From contig CAVTUQ010000019.1 of NCBI GenBank assembly GCA_963737905.1, forward strand, positions 32,001 through 96,000: a stretch of 64,000 nucleotides of DNA. Direction: 5' to 3'. Origin of the DNA: an uncultured delta proteobacterium (GTDB lineage: Bacteria > Desulfobacterota > Binatia > UBA9968). Every line of letters starts with the position of its first letter. Position 1 is the stretch's first letter. The notes below the pieces were generated by a model. It had not been told where the DNA came from and did no database searches. It saw nothing but the letters and a program-made list of their open reading frames with translations. Positions 10,065 to 19,747 of the stretch are shown in pieces. Both the position numbers and the translations under genes were made by a program.

Positions 10065-11522
10065 ATGGCAGAGCTTGCATATCAAGATTTTCGGAGTTTC
10101 ATCGAAGAGGCGAAAAAGATCAGCGACTATCGGTTGATCGAAGGAGCCGATTGGGACGGCGAGATCGGCGCGTTGGTGGAATCCACGGCGGAGCTTGTGC
10201 CGCAACCGCCGATGCTTCTCTTCGATAAGGTCAAAGGTTATCCGGCCGGCTTTCGGGTTTGCAGCCTTCCCTACGCAGCTTACAAACGGGTTGCATTGGC
10301 GTTGGGTTTGCCCACCGACAAACCCAAACTGGAAATCCTTCGTCTGGCCGCCCGCAAGATACAGTCGGCAAAACCGATTCCGCCGAAGGAAGTGAGCAGC
10401 TCGCCGCTACTGGAGAACAAGTTAACAGGCAGCGACGTCAATCTACTCAAGTTTCCGGCTTTACGCTTTCACGAACACGACGGCGGCCGTTACTTCGGGC
10501 CAGGGGGCGGTCTGATCAACCGCGATCCGGATTCCGGCTACGTCAACACCGGTACCTACCGGATGCAACTCCACGACAAGAGCACGTTGGGATTGTGGAT
10601 GAGCCCCGGGCAAAACGGCCGACAGATTTGCATGAAGTATTGGGAAAAGGGCAAGAGCTGTCCGATGGTGGCGACTTACGGCCAGCATCCGCTGGTTTTT
10701 ATGCCGTCCTACACGAAGTTTCCATACGGCAGCTCAGAGATGGAGGTTTCCGGCGGCCTCATCGGTAAACCCCTGGAAGTTTTTCGCGGGCCCCTCACGG
10801 GCCTGCCGATTCCGGCGTCCTCTGAAATTGCGATCGAAGGCGAAGTGCCGCCACCGTCCGAAGAAGCGCGCGACGAAGGGCCCTTTGGGGAATGGCCGGG
10901 TTATTATTCCGGCGGGACCCTCGGTACCGGCGACAAGCAACCGATCATTCGAGTCAAAGCGATCTATCACCGCAACGATCCGATATTAGAAGACGAAGCG
11001 CCGCTCTGGCCAGGCGCCGTCAAGATGGATTTGCATATCTCCGCGGGTGTTCTCTGGGATCAGCTGGAAAGCGCCGGAATTCAAGACATCGTGGGCGTGT
11101 ACAATCATACTTCCTATCTGACCGTCGTTGCCATCAAGCAAAAATACGCCGGCCATGCCAAGCAGGCGGGCTTGGCCGCGGTGAGTTCCGCCGCCGCGGC
11201 GCGCAACGGCCGCTACGTGGTGGTGGTCGACGAAGATATCGATCCCACTAATCAAAAAGAAGTGCTCTGGGCGATGATGACGCGCGTGGACCCGGCGACC
11301 AACATTGACATCGTCGATGGTTGCTGGAGCACGCCGCTGGACCCGCGCATGCCGCCGGACAAACGGGAGAACCGCGACCACACCAACAGCCGAGGAATCT
11401 TCTACGCCGTGAGGCCGTTTGAGTGGCGGGACAAGTTTCCGAAAGTGAGTCGGTCCAGCCGGGAGCTGCGCGAGAAGACCATCGCCAAGTTCAAAGGAAT
11501 AATTCCATTCCCAGGGGTTTGA
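10065..11522 (+). CDS. UbiD family (prFMN-dependent) decarboxylase
   Basis: HEHDGGRY, NTGTYRMQ, EGPFGEWPGYY, VVVDEDIDP, STPLDP; RBS AGGAG upstream. Confidence 0.93.
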   Translation: MAELAYQDFRSFIEEAKKISDYRLIEGADWDGEIGALVESTAELVPQPPMLLFDKVKGYPAGFRVCSLPYAAYKRVALALGLPTDKPKLEILRLAARKIQSAKPIPPKEVSSSPLLENKLTGSDVNLLKFPALRFHEHDGGRYFGPGGGLINRDPDSGYVNTGTYRMQLHDKSTLGLWMSPGQNGRQICMKYWEKGKSCPMVATYGQHPLVFMPSYTKFPYGSSEMEVSGGLIGKPLEVFRGPLTGLPIPASSEIAIEGEVPPPSEEARDEGPFGEWPGYYSGGTLGTGDKQPIIRVKAIYHRNDPILEDEAPLWPGAVKMDLHISAGVLWDQLESAGIQDIVGVYNHTSYLTVVAIKQKYAGHAKQAGLAAVSSAAAARNGRYVVVVDEDIDPTNQKEVLWAMMTRVDPATNIDIVDGCWSTPLDPRMPPDKRENRDHTNSRGIFYAVRPFEWRDKFPKVSRSSRELREKTIAKFKGIIPFPGV

Positions 11523-11560
11523 ATGAACATCAAAGCATCGTCAGCAAAAAAATTGAGCCG

Positions 11561-11675
11561 CTTCCGGGTTTACTGTGAAGAAGTATTCACCGCAGAGACG
11601 GGGAGTTCACGGAGGTCGGAATATTTTCTTGATCAAGAACTCTTTACTCTGTGCCCTCAGCGCCTCCGCGGTTAG
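11561..11675. repeat. Simpler copy of the palindromic element at 8598-8810
   Basis: Same 5' ~30 nt, and caccgcagag...ctccgcggt inverted arms. Confidence 0.6.
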
Positions 11676-11711
11676 CCACAGGAAAGCCTGCCAGTCAATC
11701 AGGGGAATTTA

Positions 11712-11912
11712 GTGGCTGAAGTTCTACGATTCGGCATCGCCGGCCTGGGGGTGGCGAGCACACAAATCCTGCCGCCCATTTCAACGTTGCCGTTTATCAA
11801 AGTTAGTGCAGCAGCGGACACGCGCACCGAAGCGCCCGCGAAGTTCGGCTGTTGCGCACGATTAAAACATTCACCAGATCGCTCCGTAGCTGAACCTTCG
11901 CAATTCCTATGA
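11712..11912 (+). pseudogene. Truncated Gfo/Idh/MocA family oxidoreductase (N-terminus only)
   Basis: VLRFGIAGLGVASTQILP...SAAAD is a Rossmann start; similarity ends after about 45 aa. Confidence 0.65.
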
Positions 11913-13036
11913 AACAGAAACACCTTATAGCTTTCGTTACCATTGTCTGTGTTTGCTTGTTGCTTTTAGCCTATTCCCAAGCCGGGGAGCCGAAGCCGGG
12001 ATGGCAGCAGGAATGGGAGAAAACGCTCGAAGCCGCCAAGAAAGAAGGGCAAGTCACGATTTACATCAGTGGCTACGAGGCGGTGTTGCCGGATTTCGAG
12101 AAGGAATTTCCCGATATGAAGGTCGTGGCCGTCACTATGCGGGGTAACCAACTCGGGCAACGGCTGCTCGCTGAGCGGCGCGCGGAGAAGTATATTGCCG
12201 ATGTGGTGAGCTCGGGCGCGAATCCAAACTATCAGCAATTCTATCCGGCGAAAGCGCTCGACCCGATCAGACCTGCGCTGATCCTGCCCGAGGTCACCGA
12301 TCAAACAAAGTGGTATCTCAAACAGCACCAGTACTCCGATCCTGAAGGCCAGTACGTATTCAATTATGTCGGTTCGGCAACGTATGGAGCGGTCAACTAC
12401 AACACGAAGCTCGTCGACGTTAAGGAGTTTAGGTCTTACTGGGACTTGCTGAACCCTAAGTGGAAGGGCAAGATCGAAGCTCGTGACATCCGCGAAGCCG
12501 GGCCGGGCGCCGGCAACACACGGTTCTTCTACTATCATCCAGAACTTGGACCGTCGTTCATCAAGCGGCTTTTCGGCGAGATGGACGTAACTTTGTTTCG
12601 CGATTTTCGCCAGGGGCCGGATTGGTTGGCGACGGGAAAGTTCGCGATTTGTTTCTTTTGCGACGTGGATGTTCTGAAGCGACAGGGTTTGCCGGTGGAT
12701 ACGTTCGGCCCCGAGGTGTTCAAGGAGGGCGGCGGGCTGGTGCAGCAATTCGGCACAGTGGTGTTAGTGAACCGTGCGCCGCACCCAAATGCCGCCAAGG
12801 TTTTTATCAATTGGCTATTGTCGCGCAGGGGACAAATCGCGTTGCAAAAAAGGACATTGACCGGCGAGAGCCCGGCGGATTCATTGCGAACCGATATTCC
12901 CAAAGACGATGTGCCTTACCTGAATCGTCGGCTCGAGGGCATCAAATATCTCGACACCGGCAAACCGGAGTGGATCGAGATGAAGCCGATCCTCGAGGTC
13001 GTCAATGACGCACTGAAAGCGGCAGGGAAGAATTAG
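11909..13036 (+). CDS. Extracellular solute-binding protein (Fe3+/AfuA-like ABC family)
   Basis: Signal peptide, WEKTLEAAKKEGQV, LLNPKWKGKI, RAPHPNAAKVFINWLLS. Confidence 0.9.
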   Translation: MKQKHLIAFVTIVCVCLLLLAYSQAGEPKPGWQQEWEKTLEAAKKEGQVTIYISGYEAVLPDFEKEFPDMKVVAVTMRGNQLGQRLLAERRAEKYIADVVSSGANPNYQQFYPAKALDPIRPALILPEVTDQTKWYLKQHQYSDPEGQYVFNYVGSATYGAVNYNTKLVDVKEFRSYWDLLNPKWKGKIEARDIREAGPGAGNTRFFYYHPELGPSFIKRLFGEMDVTLFRDFRQGPDWLATGKFAICFFCDVDVLKRQGLPVDTFGPEVFKEGGGLVQQFGTVVLVNRAPHPNAAKVFINWLLSRRGQIALQKRTLTGESPADSLRTDIPKDDVPYLNRRLEGIKYLDTGKPEWIEMKPILEVVNDALKAAGKN

Positions 13037-13115
13037 TGGTCGCTGAGGATGGAAATGGAGGATGGAAGTTGGCAATCCTCGATCTTCTATTCTCAATTTT
13101 CGGTCTCCAATGGTG

Positions 13116-13415
13116 TCATTCCGAGCCGATGAGATCTGAGAAAGGAAGTCTTGTTAGGAGAACGTCTCGTTGCCTATAGGTAACTTTCCCAGACGGCATC
13201 GTCTTCGTCCTTCCAGACATCGGCAAACTTCTTTTCTGCCGCCTGTCGTAGGCTCTTCAATTCCTGTTTTTCTTCCACCCGGGTTATGGACCGGAGAAAA
13301 TCGTGCCGTCTCGCTAATCAACCTTTACGTAAGAACCCTTCCTCATTTTCGCCTTCTGTCGGACAGATTTGGGAATGGTAACTTGGTAGTGGGCATTGAC
13401 TTTGGCAACCTCCAT
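13116..13415 (-). pseudogene. Decayed AbrB/MazE antitoxin followed by a truncated MazF/PemK toxin
   Basis: MEVAKVNAHYQVTIPKSVRQK (AbrB motif) with an internal stop and a frameshift, ending ...DVWKDEDDAVWESYL*. Overlapping ATG at 13199 gives MPSGKVTYRQRDVLLTRLPFSDLIGSE*, matching the MazF N-terminal D.V...FPFSD motif. Confidence 0.7.
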
Positions 13416-13460
13416 GACGAACCGCCTCATAATAACTTTAATGTTACGGACCGTGAGTGA

Positions 13461-14069
13461 ATGATGCTCGATCCCGCTATGGCGTACATGGTTCTGCTGA
13501 CAGACTTCGCGTCGAAGATCGACGGCCTCTGGGCATTTCAGGTCGCCATTCACGCGCAGATCGAACGCATCGCCAAGACCGACTGGTTGGATGCAAGCCT
13601 CAGTCGTCGTGACAACAAGGATCGAAAGAAGGAGCTCGGTGGCTTTCTCTTCTTCAGCCGCGATCTCCTGCGGGAATTCGAAATACTTGGAATGGCGAAG
13701 ACTTTCGACGATACCCTGGTCCTGGCCAAGGAACTGGGCTTGCCAGCCTTCAACATCTGGGCCGATAACGAATTGAGACTGCCCTACTACCACGAAATGC
13801 GCAGTGTGCGGGCCTTGGCCAACGTCATCAAGCACAACGGCTCACGTATCGTTGCTGGGGGTGGCGAGGCTTGCCGGTTCCTGATCGAGAAGGTCGGCTT
13901 CAAGCCCGATACGCAGATCGCCTATATTGACTTTGACATCGAAAAGGCACTCTACCAGACATACGTGTTTCTTGATGCGCTCTCTGGTTATCTCACCGGA
14001 GTGGCAGTCGAGACTATCGACTTCGAGCAGTTCAAGACCAGCGTTCTGCCATGGTTTCTCAAGCAGTAA
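13461..14069 (+). CDS. Hypothetical protein with a HEPN-like motif
   Basis: 202 aa, apparently helical. RALANVIKHNG resembles the HEPN R-x(4-6)-H ribonuclease signature. Confidence 0.5.
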   Translation: MMLDPAMAYMVLLTDFASKIDGLWAFQVAIHAQIERIAKTDWLDASLSRRDNKDRKKELGGFLFFSRDLLREFEILGMAKTFDDTLVLAKELGLPAFNIWADNELRLPYYHEMRSVRALANVIKHNGSRIVAGGGEACRFLIEKVGFKPDTQIAYIDFDIEKALYQTYVFLDALSGYLTGVAVETIDFEQFKTSVLPWFLKQ

Positions 14070-14367
14070 GTTCGCAACCGCCCTTTCGTGCCGCCGTTGT
14101 GACGCGGCGCTCGAGCCCGCATGAGTCCCCGCAAGATTCTGTTCACGTTTAACGTGGTGCCCCCGAGACGAGCCACCCGCCGGTCCACGGTAAAGCCAAA
14201 AAGGGCCAAGCCCTGAAGGCCCGATTGCCGGACGCACCTGTCCTCGCACTGTATCAACGGCCCGTTTCAAGCCAATAAGGTGTTCGTCACGCCAGCGCCG
14301 CGCATGCTGCTGGCTTCTGGTCGTGCTTTGCTTGCAACTGGTTCTCAACGATCCTCGGACATTACCC

Positions 14368-14396
14368 TTGATAGGGTGCCGGAGTCGTAATAGAAT
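14368..14396 (+). promoter_or_regulatory. Putative sigma70 promoter of the nuclease-ATPase gene
   Basis: TTGATA-17 nt-TAGAAT, 57 nt before the ATG at 14454. Confidence 0.55.
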
Positions 14397-14453
14397 CGTG
14401 AAAAATGAAATTCCGAAGCCCGGTCGTTCAAAATTGCGACGAATGGGTACGAA

Positions 14454-16892
14454 ATGGCTGACTACGAATCCGGCCGGGAAGCACTCCAAAAGCTCGCCGA
14501 TGTAGAACTCGGCGATTCTCAGCAGATTGAGTCTGCTCGTAATGAGGCCAGTACTAGATATCACATCATCGACCTTCTCGTGACTGATGTGCTTTGCTGG
14601 CACAAGTCGGCCGTCAAGGTGGAGCGTCATGAGGACTCCGGCTACTCAGACTACGAACTTGGTTCCCCATCGTCACTTCTCCTAGAAGCGAAAAAAGAGG
14701 GCGTTCACTTTTCGCTGCCTGCGGGATGGGATAAGGAAATCGCTAGGCTCGAGACGCTATTTTCCGCTTCCGAAGACACGAAAAAGGCAGTTCAGCAGGC
14801 TATCGACTACGCCGTTCAGCGAGGTATACCATATGCAGCCATCTGCAATGGTCATCAGCTTATCGCCTTTCTTGCAAGCCGCCAGGATGGTACACCGCCT
14901 ATTCGTGGCACCGCGCTTATTTATAAATCTCAGCGTGATATGCTCGCACGTTTTGCTCAATTATGGGATGCTCTATCCCCGCCGGGGCTGGCAATGGGAG
15001 GCCTATCTCGGATTCTTGGTGCTGCTCCTCTCAGCGCACCGCCTCAGAAACTCTCAGCCAGTATTGTAAATTATCCAGGCTACAAAAACCGCAATCCAAT
15101 TGCTACGGAGTTGCAGATTCTCGGTGGAATTTTTCTCGAGGATCTGACCCGCGAGCCAGGTTTGGAAGACGACTTCTTGCAGCAGACATACTGTACAAGC
15201 GGTGCGCTTTCCCAATACGCGCTCGTCAGTAAAGAGCTGTTGCAGGCACGGTACGCTAGTGTCTTCGAGAACGATGGTAACGTCTCGGCAAGCCCCGCAG
15301 CAAGTAAGAGAGGCGTTTCGCCAGAATTGACTCAAGACGTAGTTGCTGCAAGTCTCAGCCGCCGACCAATCCTATTGGTGGGAGATGTCGGAGCCGGTAA
15401 GTCTATATTCATCCGATATCTGATTAAAGTAGCTGCAAAAGAAGCGCTCGAGCGAGCGTTGGTTCTCTATATCGACTTTGGAACAAAACCGGCCTTGGCG
15501 AGCGACCTTCGGCCATATGTCGTTCAGGAAATTGTACGTCAACTTCGAGATGATTATGAATTGGACGTGTATGAGCGCGACTTCGTCAGAGGGGTCTACC
15601 ATGGAGAATTACTTCGGTTCGAGCGCGGGATCTACGCTGATCTCAAGGACTCCGATCCGCCCACATTTCGTGCGAAGGAAATACAGCGCCTAGAACAACT
15701 CACGAGTGATACTGAACAACACCTCAAAGCATGTCTTACCGACGCCGTACGAGGTCAGCGACGTCAGGTAGTTCTCTTCCTTGATAACGTCGATCAGCGG
15801 CCGGGACAGTTTCAGGAGGAAGTTTTCCTCATTGCTCAGGCTCTCGCAGATCAATGGCCCTTGACAGCCTTCGTGGCACTTCGTCCTGAAACATTTGCCG
15901 AATCACGGGTTAAAGGTTCTCTCACGGCATATCAACCCCGGGTCTTCACCATAGATCCGCCGCGGGTCGATCTAGTGCTCCGACGAAGACTAGCATTCGC
16001 TCTGAAGCAGCTTGCGGAACAAGGCCGGTTGGGCGCCATACTGCAACTGAACGTTCAATCAGACACGCTCAAGCGATATATCAGTATGCTTCTACGAGCC
16101 TTCGAGAATGAGGAATCAATCATTGAGTTTGTTGACAACATGAGCGCAGGTAATATTCGGCGCGCGCTAGACTTCGTCGCGGCGTTCTTTGGTAGCGGGC
16201 ATGTTGACAGCCAGAAGATCCTGAGAGCTGAAGAGAAAGAACCGGGAAGCTATAGGCTGCCATTGCACGAGTTTCTCCGGGCGGTAACGTATGGTGACAA
16301 TGCGCACTATGATCCTTCGAAGTCTCCCATCCTGAACGTCTATGACGTATCCTCTCGCGATGGGAAAGAGCACTTTCTAGTTGGAGTCTTGGTAGCCTTC
16401 ACTGAACGCGCGGGTCAACTCGGTGGCAGCGAAGGCTATGTCATGCGAGACACAGTGTTTCGGTTTGCCCGGAGTCTTGGTTTTCAGCCCTCACAAGTCC
16501 AACTAGCTTTGAGGAGATGCATTGAGAAAAGACTTCTGGCAACTCCAGCAACCCTGAGCGGGGAGGACTATTCCAGGCTCAGGGTCACAACGGTCGGGGC
16601 GTACACGATTAAGAAGTTGATGTTCTTCTTTACCTACCTAGATGCCGTAGTAGTGGATACACCGATTCTGGATCCTAGTGTGCGAGCCAAGATACGTGAT
16701 GTTGGGCTGACAGACGAGCGGCTCGTCAGAGCGGAAATTTTTTTGGATTACCTAGATGAGCAGTGGGTAGCCCTTCGAGAGACGGCGGCAGAAATCCTGG
16801 ATTGGTCGAATCGGGCTGGTCGTGCACGCGAAGAGATTCGCTGGATCAAAGAACGACTTCGACGCATAGCAGTCAGCACAGGTACCCTGTAA
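14454..16892 (+). CDS. HsdR_N-like PD-(D/E)xK nuclease fused to a P-loop (STAND/AAA-like) NTPase; putative anti-phage protein
   Basis: NEASTRYHIID...YSDYEL...LLEAKK...QQAIDYA...CNGH (type I REase N-terminal-like). Walker A GDVGAGKS, Walker B VLFLDNVD, GNIRRAL. Confidence 0.8.
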   Translation: MADYESGREALQKLADVELGDSQQIESARNEASTRYHIIDLLVTDVLCWHKSAVKVERHEDSGYSDYELGSPSSLLLEAKKEGVHFSLPAGWDKEIARLETLFSASEDTKKAVQQAIDYAVQRGIPYAAICNGHQLIAFLASRQDGTPPIRGTALIYKSQRDMLARFAQLWDALSPPGLAMGGLSRILGAAPLSAPPQKLSASIVNYPGYKNRNPIATELQILGGIFLEDLTREPGLEDDFLQQTYCTSGALSQYALVSKELLQARYASVFENDGNVSASPAASKRGVSPELTQDVVAASLSRRPILLVGDVGAGKSIFIRYLIKVAAKEALERALVLYIDFGTKPALASDLRPYVVQEIVRQLRDDYELDVYERDFVRGVYHGELLRFERGIYADLKDSDPPTFRAKEIQRLEQLTSDTEQHLKACLTDAVRGQRRQVVLFLDNVDQRPGQFQEEVFLIAQALADQWPLTAFVALRPETFAESRVKGSLTAYQPRVFTIDPPRVDLVLRRRLAFALKQLAEQGRLGAILQLNVQSDTLKRYISMLLRAFENEESIIEFVDNMSAGNIRRALDFVAAFFGSGHVDSQKILRAEEKEPGSYRLPLHEFLRAVTYGDNAHYDPSKSPILNVYDVSSRDGKEHFLVGVLVAFTERAGQLGGSEGYVMRDTVFRFARSLGFQPSQVQLALRRCIEKRLLATPATLSGEDYSRLRVTTVGAYTIKKLMFFFTYLDAVVVDTPILDPSVRAKIRDVGLTDERLVRAEIFLDYLDEQWVALRETAAEILDWSNRAGRAREEIRWIKERLRRIAVSTGTL

Positions 16893-17123
16893 AATCTTTC
16901 AGATGGATTGAACTGGTTAAAATTTCACTCCCCGTTTGTATCGTACCGCGAGAGTCGCCGATTGCATGAATCTGATTTGTAGCTGGTCATTCGGACCTGT
17001 TGCGGGCTGAGCGCTTGTGTCTTCTTCCTCACTGCTTGCTTTTTCTTCGACAATGGAAGGTGTATGTTCTGCCCAGGTTCAGGCACAGAACAAGCACAGT
17101 CGTGCGTGATGCGTGAGGGAGAA

Positions 17124-18119
17124 ATGAATAAGCGGAAACGCGGTAGCTTTGCTCTATGGGCCATGCTTTTTGCGCTTTGCTTGCCCGCCGAGGCGCAGCA
17201 GCCGCAGAAAGTCCCGCGGATAGGATACGTAGCGCCGGTCGATGCCGCTAGTGACTCCGCCCGTGCGGAGGCAATTAGGCTGGCTCTGCGCGAGCGTGGC
17301 TACATAGAAGGACAGAATATCGCCATCGAATACCGATATTCGGAGGGGAAGCGCGATCGGCTCCCTGAGCTTGCGGCTGAGCTGGTGCGTCTCAAGGTTG
17401 ATATCATCGTGGTAACAGGAGGGAACAGGATAATCCCCGCGGCCAAGAACGCGACCAAGACGATTCCCATCGTTATGACGGGTGCTGGGATTGATCCGGT
17501 TGACGCAGGCCTAGTGGAAAGTCTTGCCCGTCCCGGCGGCAATGTCACTGGCGTTACAAACCTTATCGGAGAGCTAGGCGGTAAGAGGCTGGAGCTTTTC
17601 AAAGAGGCCGTTCCCAAAGTTGCCCGTGTTGCGGTTCTCCACGATCCGGGCACTGCGGCCAGTGTACACCAGGTGAAAGAAGTGCTTCCCGCCGCGGCGC
17701 GCGCACTGGGGTTGACTATTAAGCCTTGGGAGGTACAAGGCACGGACGGTTTCGAGCGGGTATTCGCTGCGTTAAACAAGGAGCGCCCGGATGGACTCTA
17801 CGTGTCCTTGGGACCGCTGATGCTTGCTAACGGAAAACGGATCGCGGGCTTTGCGTTGAAGAGCCGGTTACCTTCGATATACGTCAGAAGGGAATTTGTA
17901 GATGCCGGTGGGCTCATGTCCTACGGAGCCGACCTCGCGGACAGCTACAAGCGCGTCGCTTATTTCGTGGACAGAATTCTCAAGGGAGCCAAGCCTGCCG
18001 ATCTTCCCGTCGAGCAGCCGACGCGGTTCGAGCTCGTGGTCAATCTGAAAACTGCGAAACAGATCGGCCTGACGATTCCGCCAGAGGTGCTCGCCCGAGC
18101 GACCAAGCTGATCAAGTGA
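17124..18119 (+). CDS. ABC transporter substrate-binding protein (ABC_sub_bind/PF04392 type)
   Basis: QQPQKVPRIG, GYIEGQNIAIEYR, SLARPGGNVTG, GAKPADLPVEQPT, IPPEVLARA. Confidence 0.92.
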   Translation: MNKRKRGSFALWAMLFALCLPAEAQQPQKVPRIGYVAPVDAASDSARAEAIRLALRERGYIEGQNIAIEYRYSEGKRDRLPELAAELVRLKVDIIVVTGGNRIIPAAKNATKTIPIVMTGAGIDPVDAGLVESLARPGGNVTGVTNLIGELGGKRLELFKEAVPKVARVAVLHDPGTAASVHQVKEVLPAAARALGLTIKPWEVQGTDGFERVFAALNKERPDGLYVSLGPLMLANGKRIAGFALKSRLPSIYVRREFVDAGGLMSYGADLADSYKRVAYFVDRILKGAKPADLPVEQPTRFELVVNLKTAKQIGLTIPPEVLARATKLIK

Positions 18120-18359
18120 TTTCCGATTACCGATTTTCCGATTCAGCGCGAGCCAGAGCGGATGAGTGGACATCGAATCGGAGATGTTCCGCTGACTGAA
18201 TATCAGATGTTCTACCCTGACTGTAGGAGAGGCGAGGCGTGCCGCGTCACGTCTGTGGCACGTCGCTCAGGTTGAAAATGGGGCGATATGAGGTCACTTG
18301 AGGCGCACGAGGCACCAGAAGCCCAATGATTTCGCGGCCTCGCCCGGCGCTTCGTGGCT

Positions 18360-18412
18360 ACGTGACTTTTCCGCCGAATGTGCTGGCGCGGGCGGACCGG
18401 GTCATTAAATGA
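18360..18412 (+). pseudogene. Isolated 3' end of another ABC_sub_bind gene
   Basis: Translates as VTFPPNVLARADRVIK*, the canonical C-terminus of this family. Confidence 0.65.
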
Positions 18413-18492
18413 AGCAAGATCCTTCACGTTCGTTCAGGACAAGTTTTAGATTGCCGATTTTCGATTAGGAGAGAGTCAAGGTGACTCAGTTC

Positions 18493-18699
18493 TTACAGCG
18501 CGCGAAATTGCTCTTCGCTGAGGCCGGCCTGTTTAAGAATCTTACGAAAGGTTCCCGTTGGCAGTGCACCTGGATGCATTGCGACGTAGGTTTGCCTTCC
18601 ATCGGGATGGCGAAGAACTTTGTGGCTCCCACTCTGTCTTACTTCTACGAATCCGGCGCGAATCAATCTTGCGAGGACCTCACGGGCGGAGTATGGCAT
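18493..18699 (-). CDS. hicA: HicA family mRNA interferase toxin
   Basis: [32 protein letters not shown]...H...[15 protein letters not shown]. Confidence 0.92.
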   Translation of the reverse strand: MPYSAREVLARLIRAGFVEVRQSGSHKVLRHPDGRQTYVAMHPGALPTGTFRKILKQAGLSEEQFRAL

Positions 18700-18922
18700 C
18701 GGGAATTTCGACCTGAGCGATCAACGACTTCGTTTCGACAGGAACGCTTTCGCCGCGCGAGCGCTTCTCTTCGACCCACGCTTCAATCAATTCTTGAGCA
18801 GCAGCAATGGCTCCTTCGATACCCTGGCCGTGCGTGGTCAGGTCGAGAGTTGGAATGTGGGCGTAATAGTAACCCTGAAATTCAGGTTCGTTTATCGGCT
18901 CAAGAAGCACGGAGTAGCGCAT
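18680..18922 (-). CDS. hicB: Short HicB family antitoxin
   Basis: MRYSVLLEP...[28 protein letters not shown]; RBS GGAG upstream; lies upstream of hicA. Confidence 0.88.
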   Translation of the reverse strand: MRYSVLLEPINEPEFQGYYYAHIPTLDLTTHGQGIEGAIAAAQELIEAWVEEKRSRGESVPVETKSLIAQVEIPDAILRP

Positions 18923-18989
18923 GATGACCCCTCCAGGAGAGAATTCTATAACAGCCTCGCCCATCAGCACAAGGTTGTCATTGGTCAGA

Positions 18990-19560
18990 GGCAAAGTGTT
19001 CAAAACCCTGATACTCGTAACCTTCATGTTGGGGTTCGTATATTTAGCCGACGCACAGCAGCAGAAGAAAATCCCGCGGATAGCTTTTCTAGGGGCTGCC
19101 TCTGCTACGTCTCGAGCTTCCCGTCTTGATGCATTTCGCCAAGGGTTGTGGGAGCTGGGCTATGTAGAGGGGAAGAACATCATTATTGAGTACCGCCATG
19201 CCGAAGGGAAATTTGAACGGTTGCCCGAACTTTCAGCCGAACTGGCGCATCTCAAGGTGGACATCATCGTCACCCAGGGAAGTCCGGCGGCCGAAGCTGC
19301 CAGGAAAACGACAAGCACAATTCCGATCATCATGGCAACAGGTGGCGATGCCTGTTGGCTCGGGGCTGGTTGCGAGCCTCGCCCGGCCGGGCGGGAACGT
19401 CACCGAATTATCCAGTCTCGTCACAGATCTGGCTGGGAAACGGCTGGAGCTTCTCAAGGAAGTCGCACCCAAGGTCTCCCGCGTCGCCATGACGGCGCAG
19501 CAGATCGGTCTCACGATTCCGCCGAATGTGCTGGTGAGAGCGGATAAAGTAATAAAATGA
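18990..19560 (+). pseudogene. ABC_sub_bind SBP pseudogene (frameshift plus internal deletion)
   Basis: QQQKKIPRIAFL...GYVEGKNIIIEYR, frameshift near 19350, then SLARPGGNVT...VSRVA joined directly to QQIGLTIPPNVLVRADKVIK*. Confidence 0.8.
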
Positions 19561-19642
19561 AACATTTTGGATTTCGGATTGGAGAAGGGAACACACGCAG
19601 CGATATTCGCTTCGCGATCTTAGGTTCAATGCTCGTCCTAAT

Positions 19643-19747
19643 CGTCATTCCAGCCGGGTTGGCGTGATCCCCGCCTTCGCGGGGAGGCGAGAGCCGGAAT
19701 CCAGGAGATTCAGTCGAATCTGGATTCCCGCGTTCGCGGGAATGACG
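19643..19747. repeat. CGTCA-type REP doublet with a nested hairpin
   Basis: cgtcattcc...ggaatcc...ggattcccgcgttcgcgggaatgacg inverted arms, with internal ccccgccttcgcgggg. Confidence 0.75.

Noticed and set aside
14070-14360. GC-rich spacer between the two defence-like genes as a structured ncRNA (retron-like)
   Set aside because: No reverse transcriptase nearby and no convincing long inverted repeats; cannot be supported without covariance analysis.
14454-16892. Type I restriction enzyme HsdR
   Set aside because: Only the N-terminal nuclease is HsdR-like. There are no DEAD/DEAH helicase motifs and no hsdM or hsdS genes.
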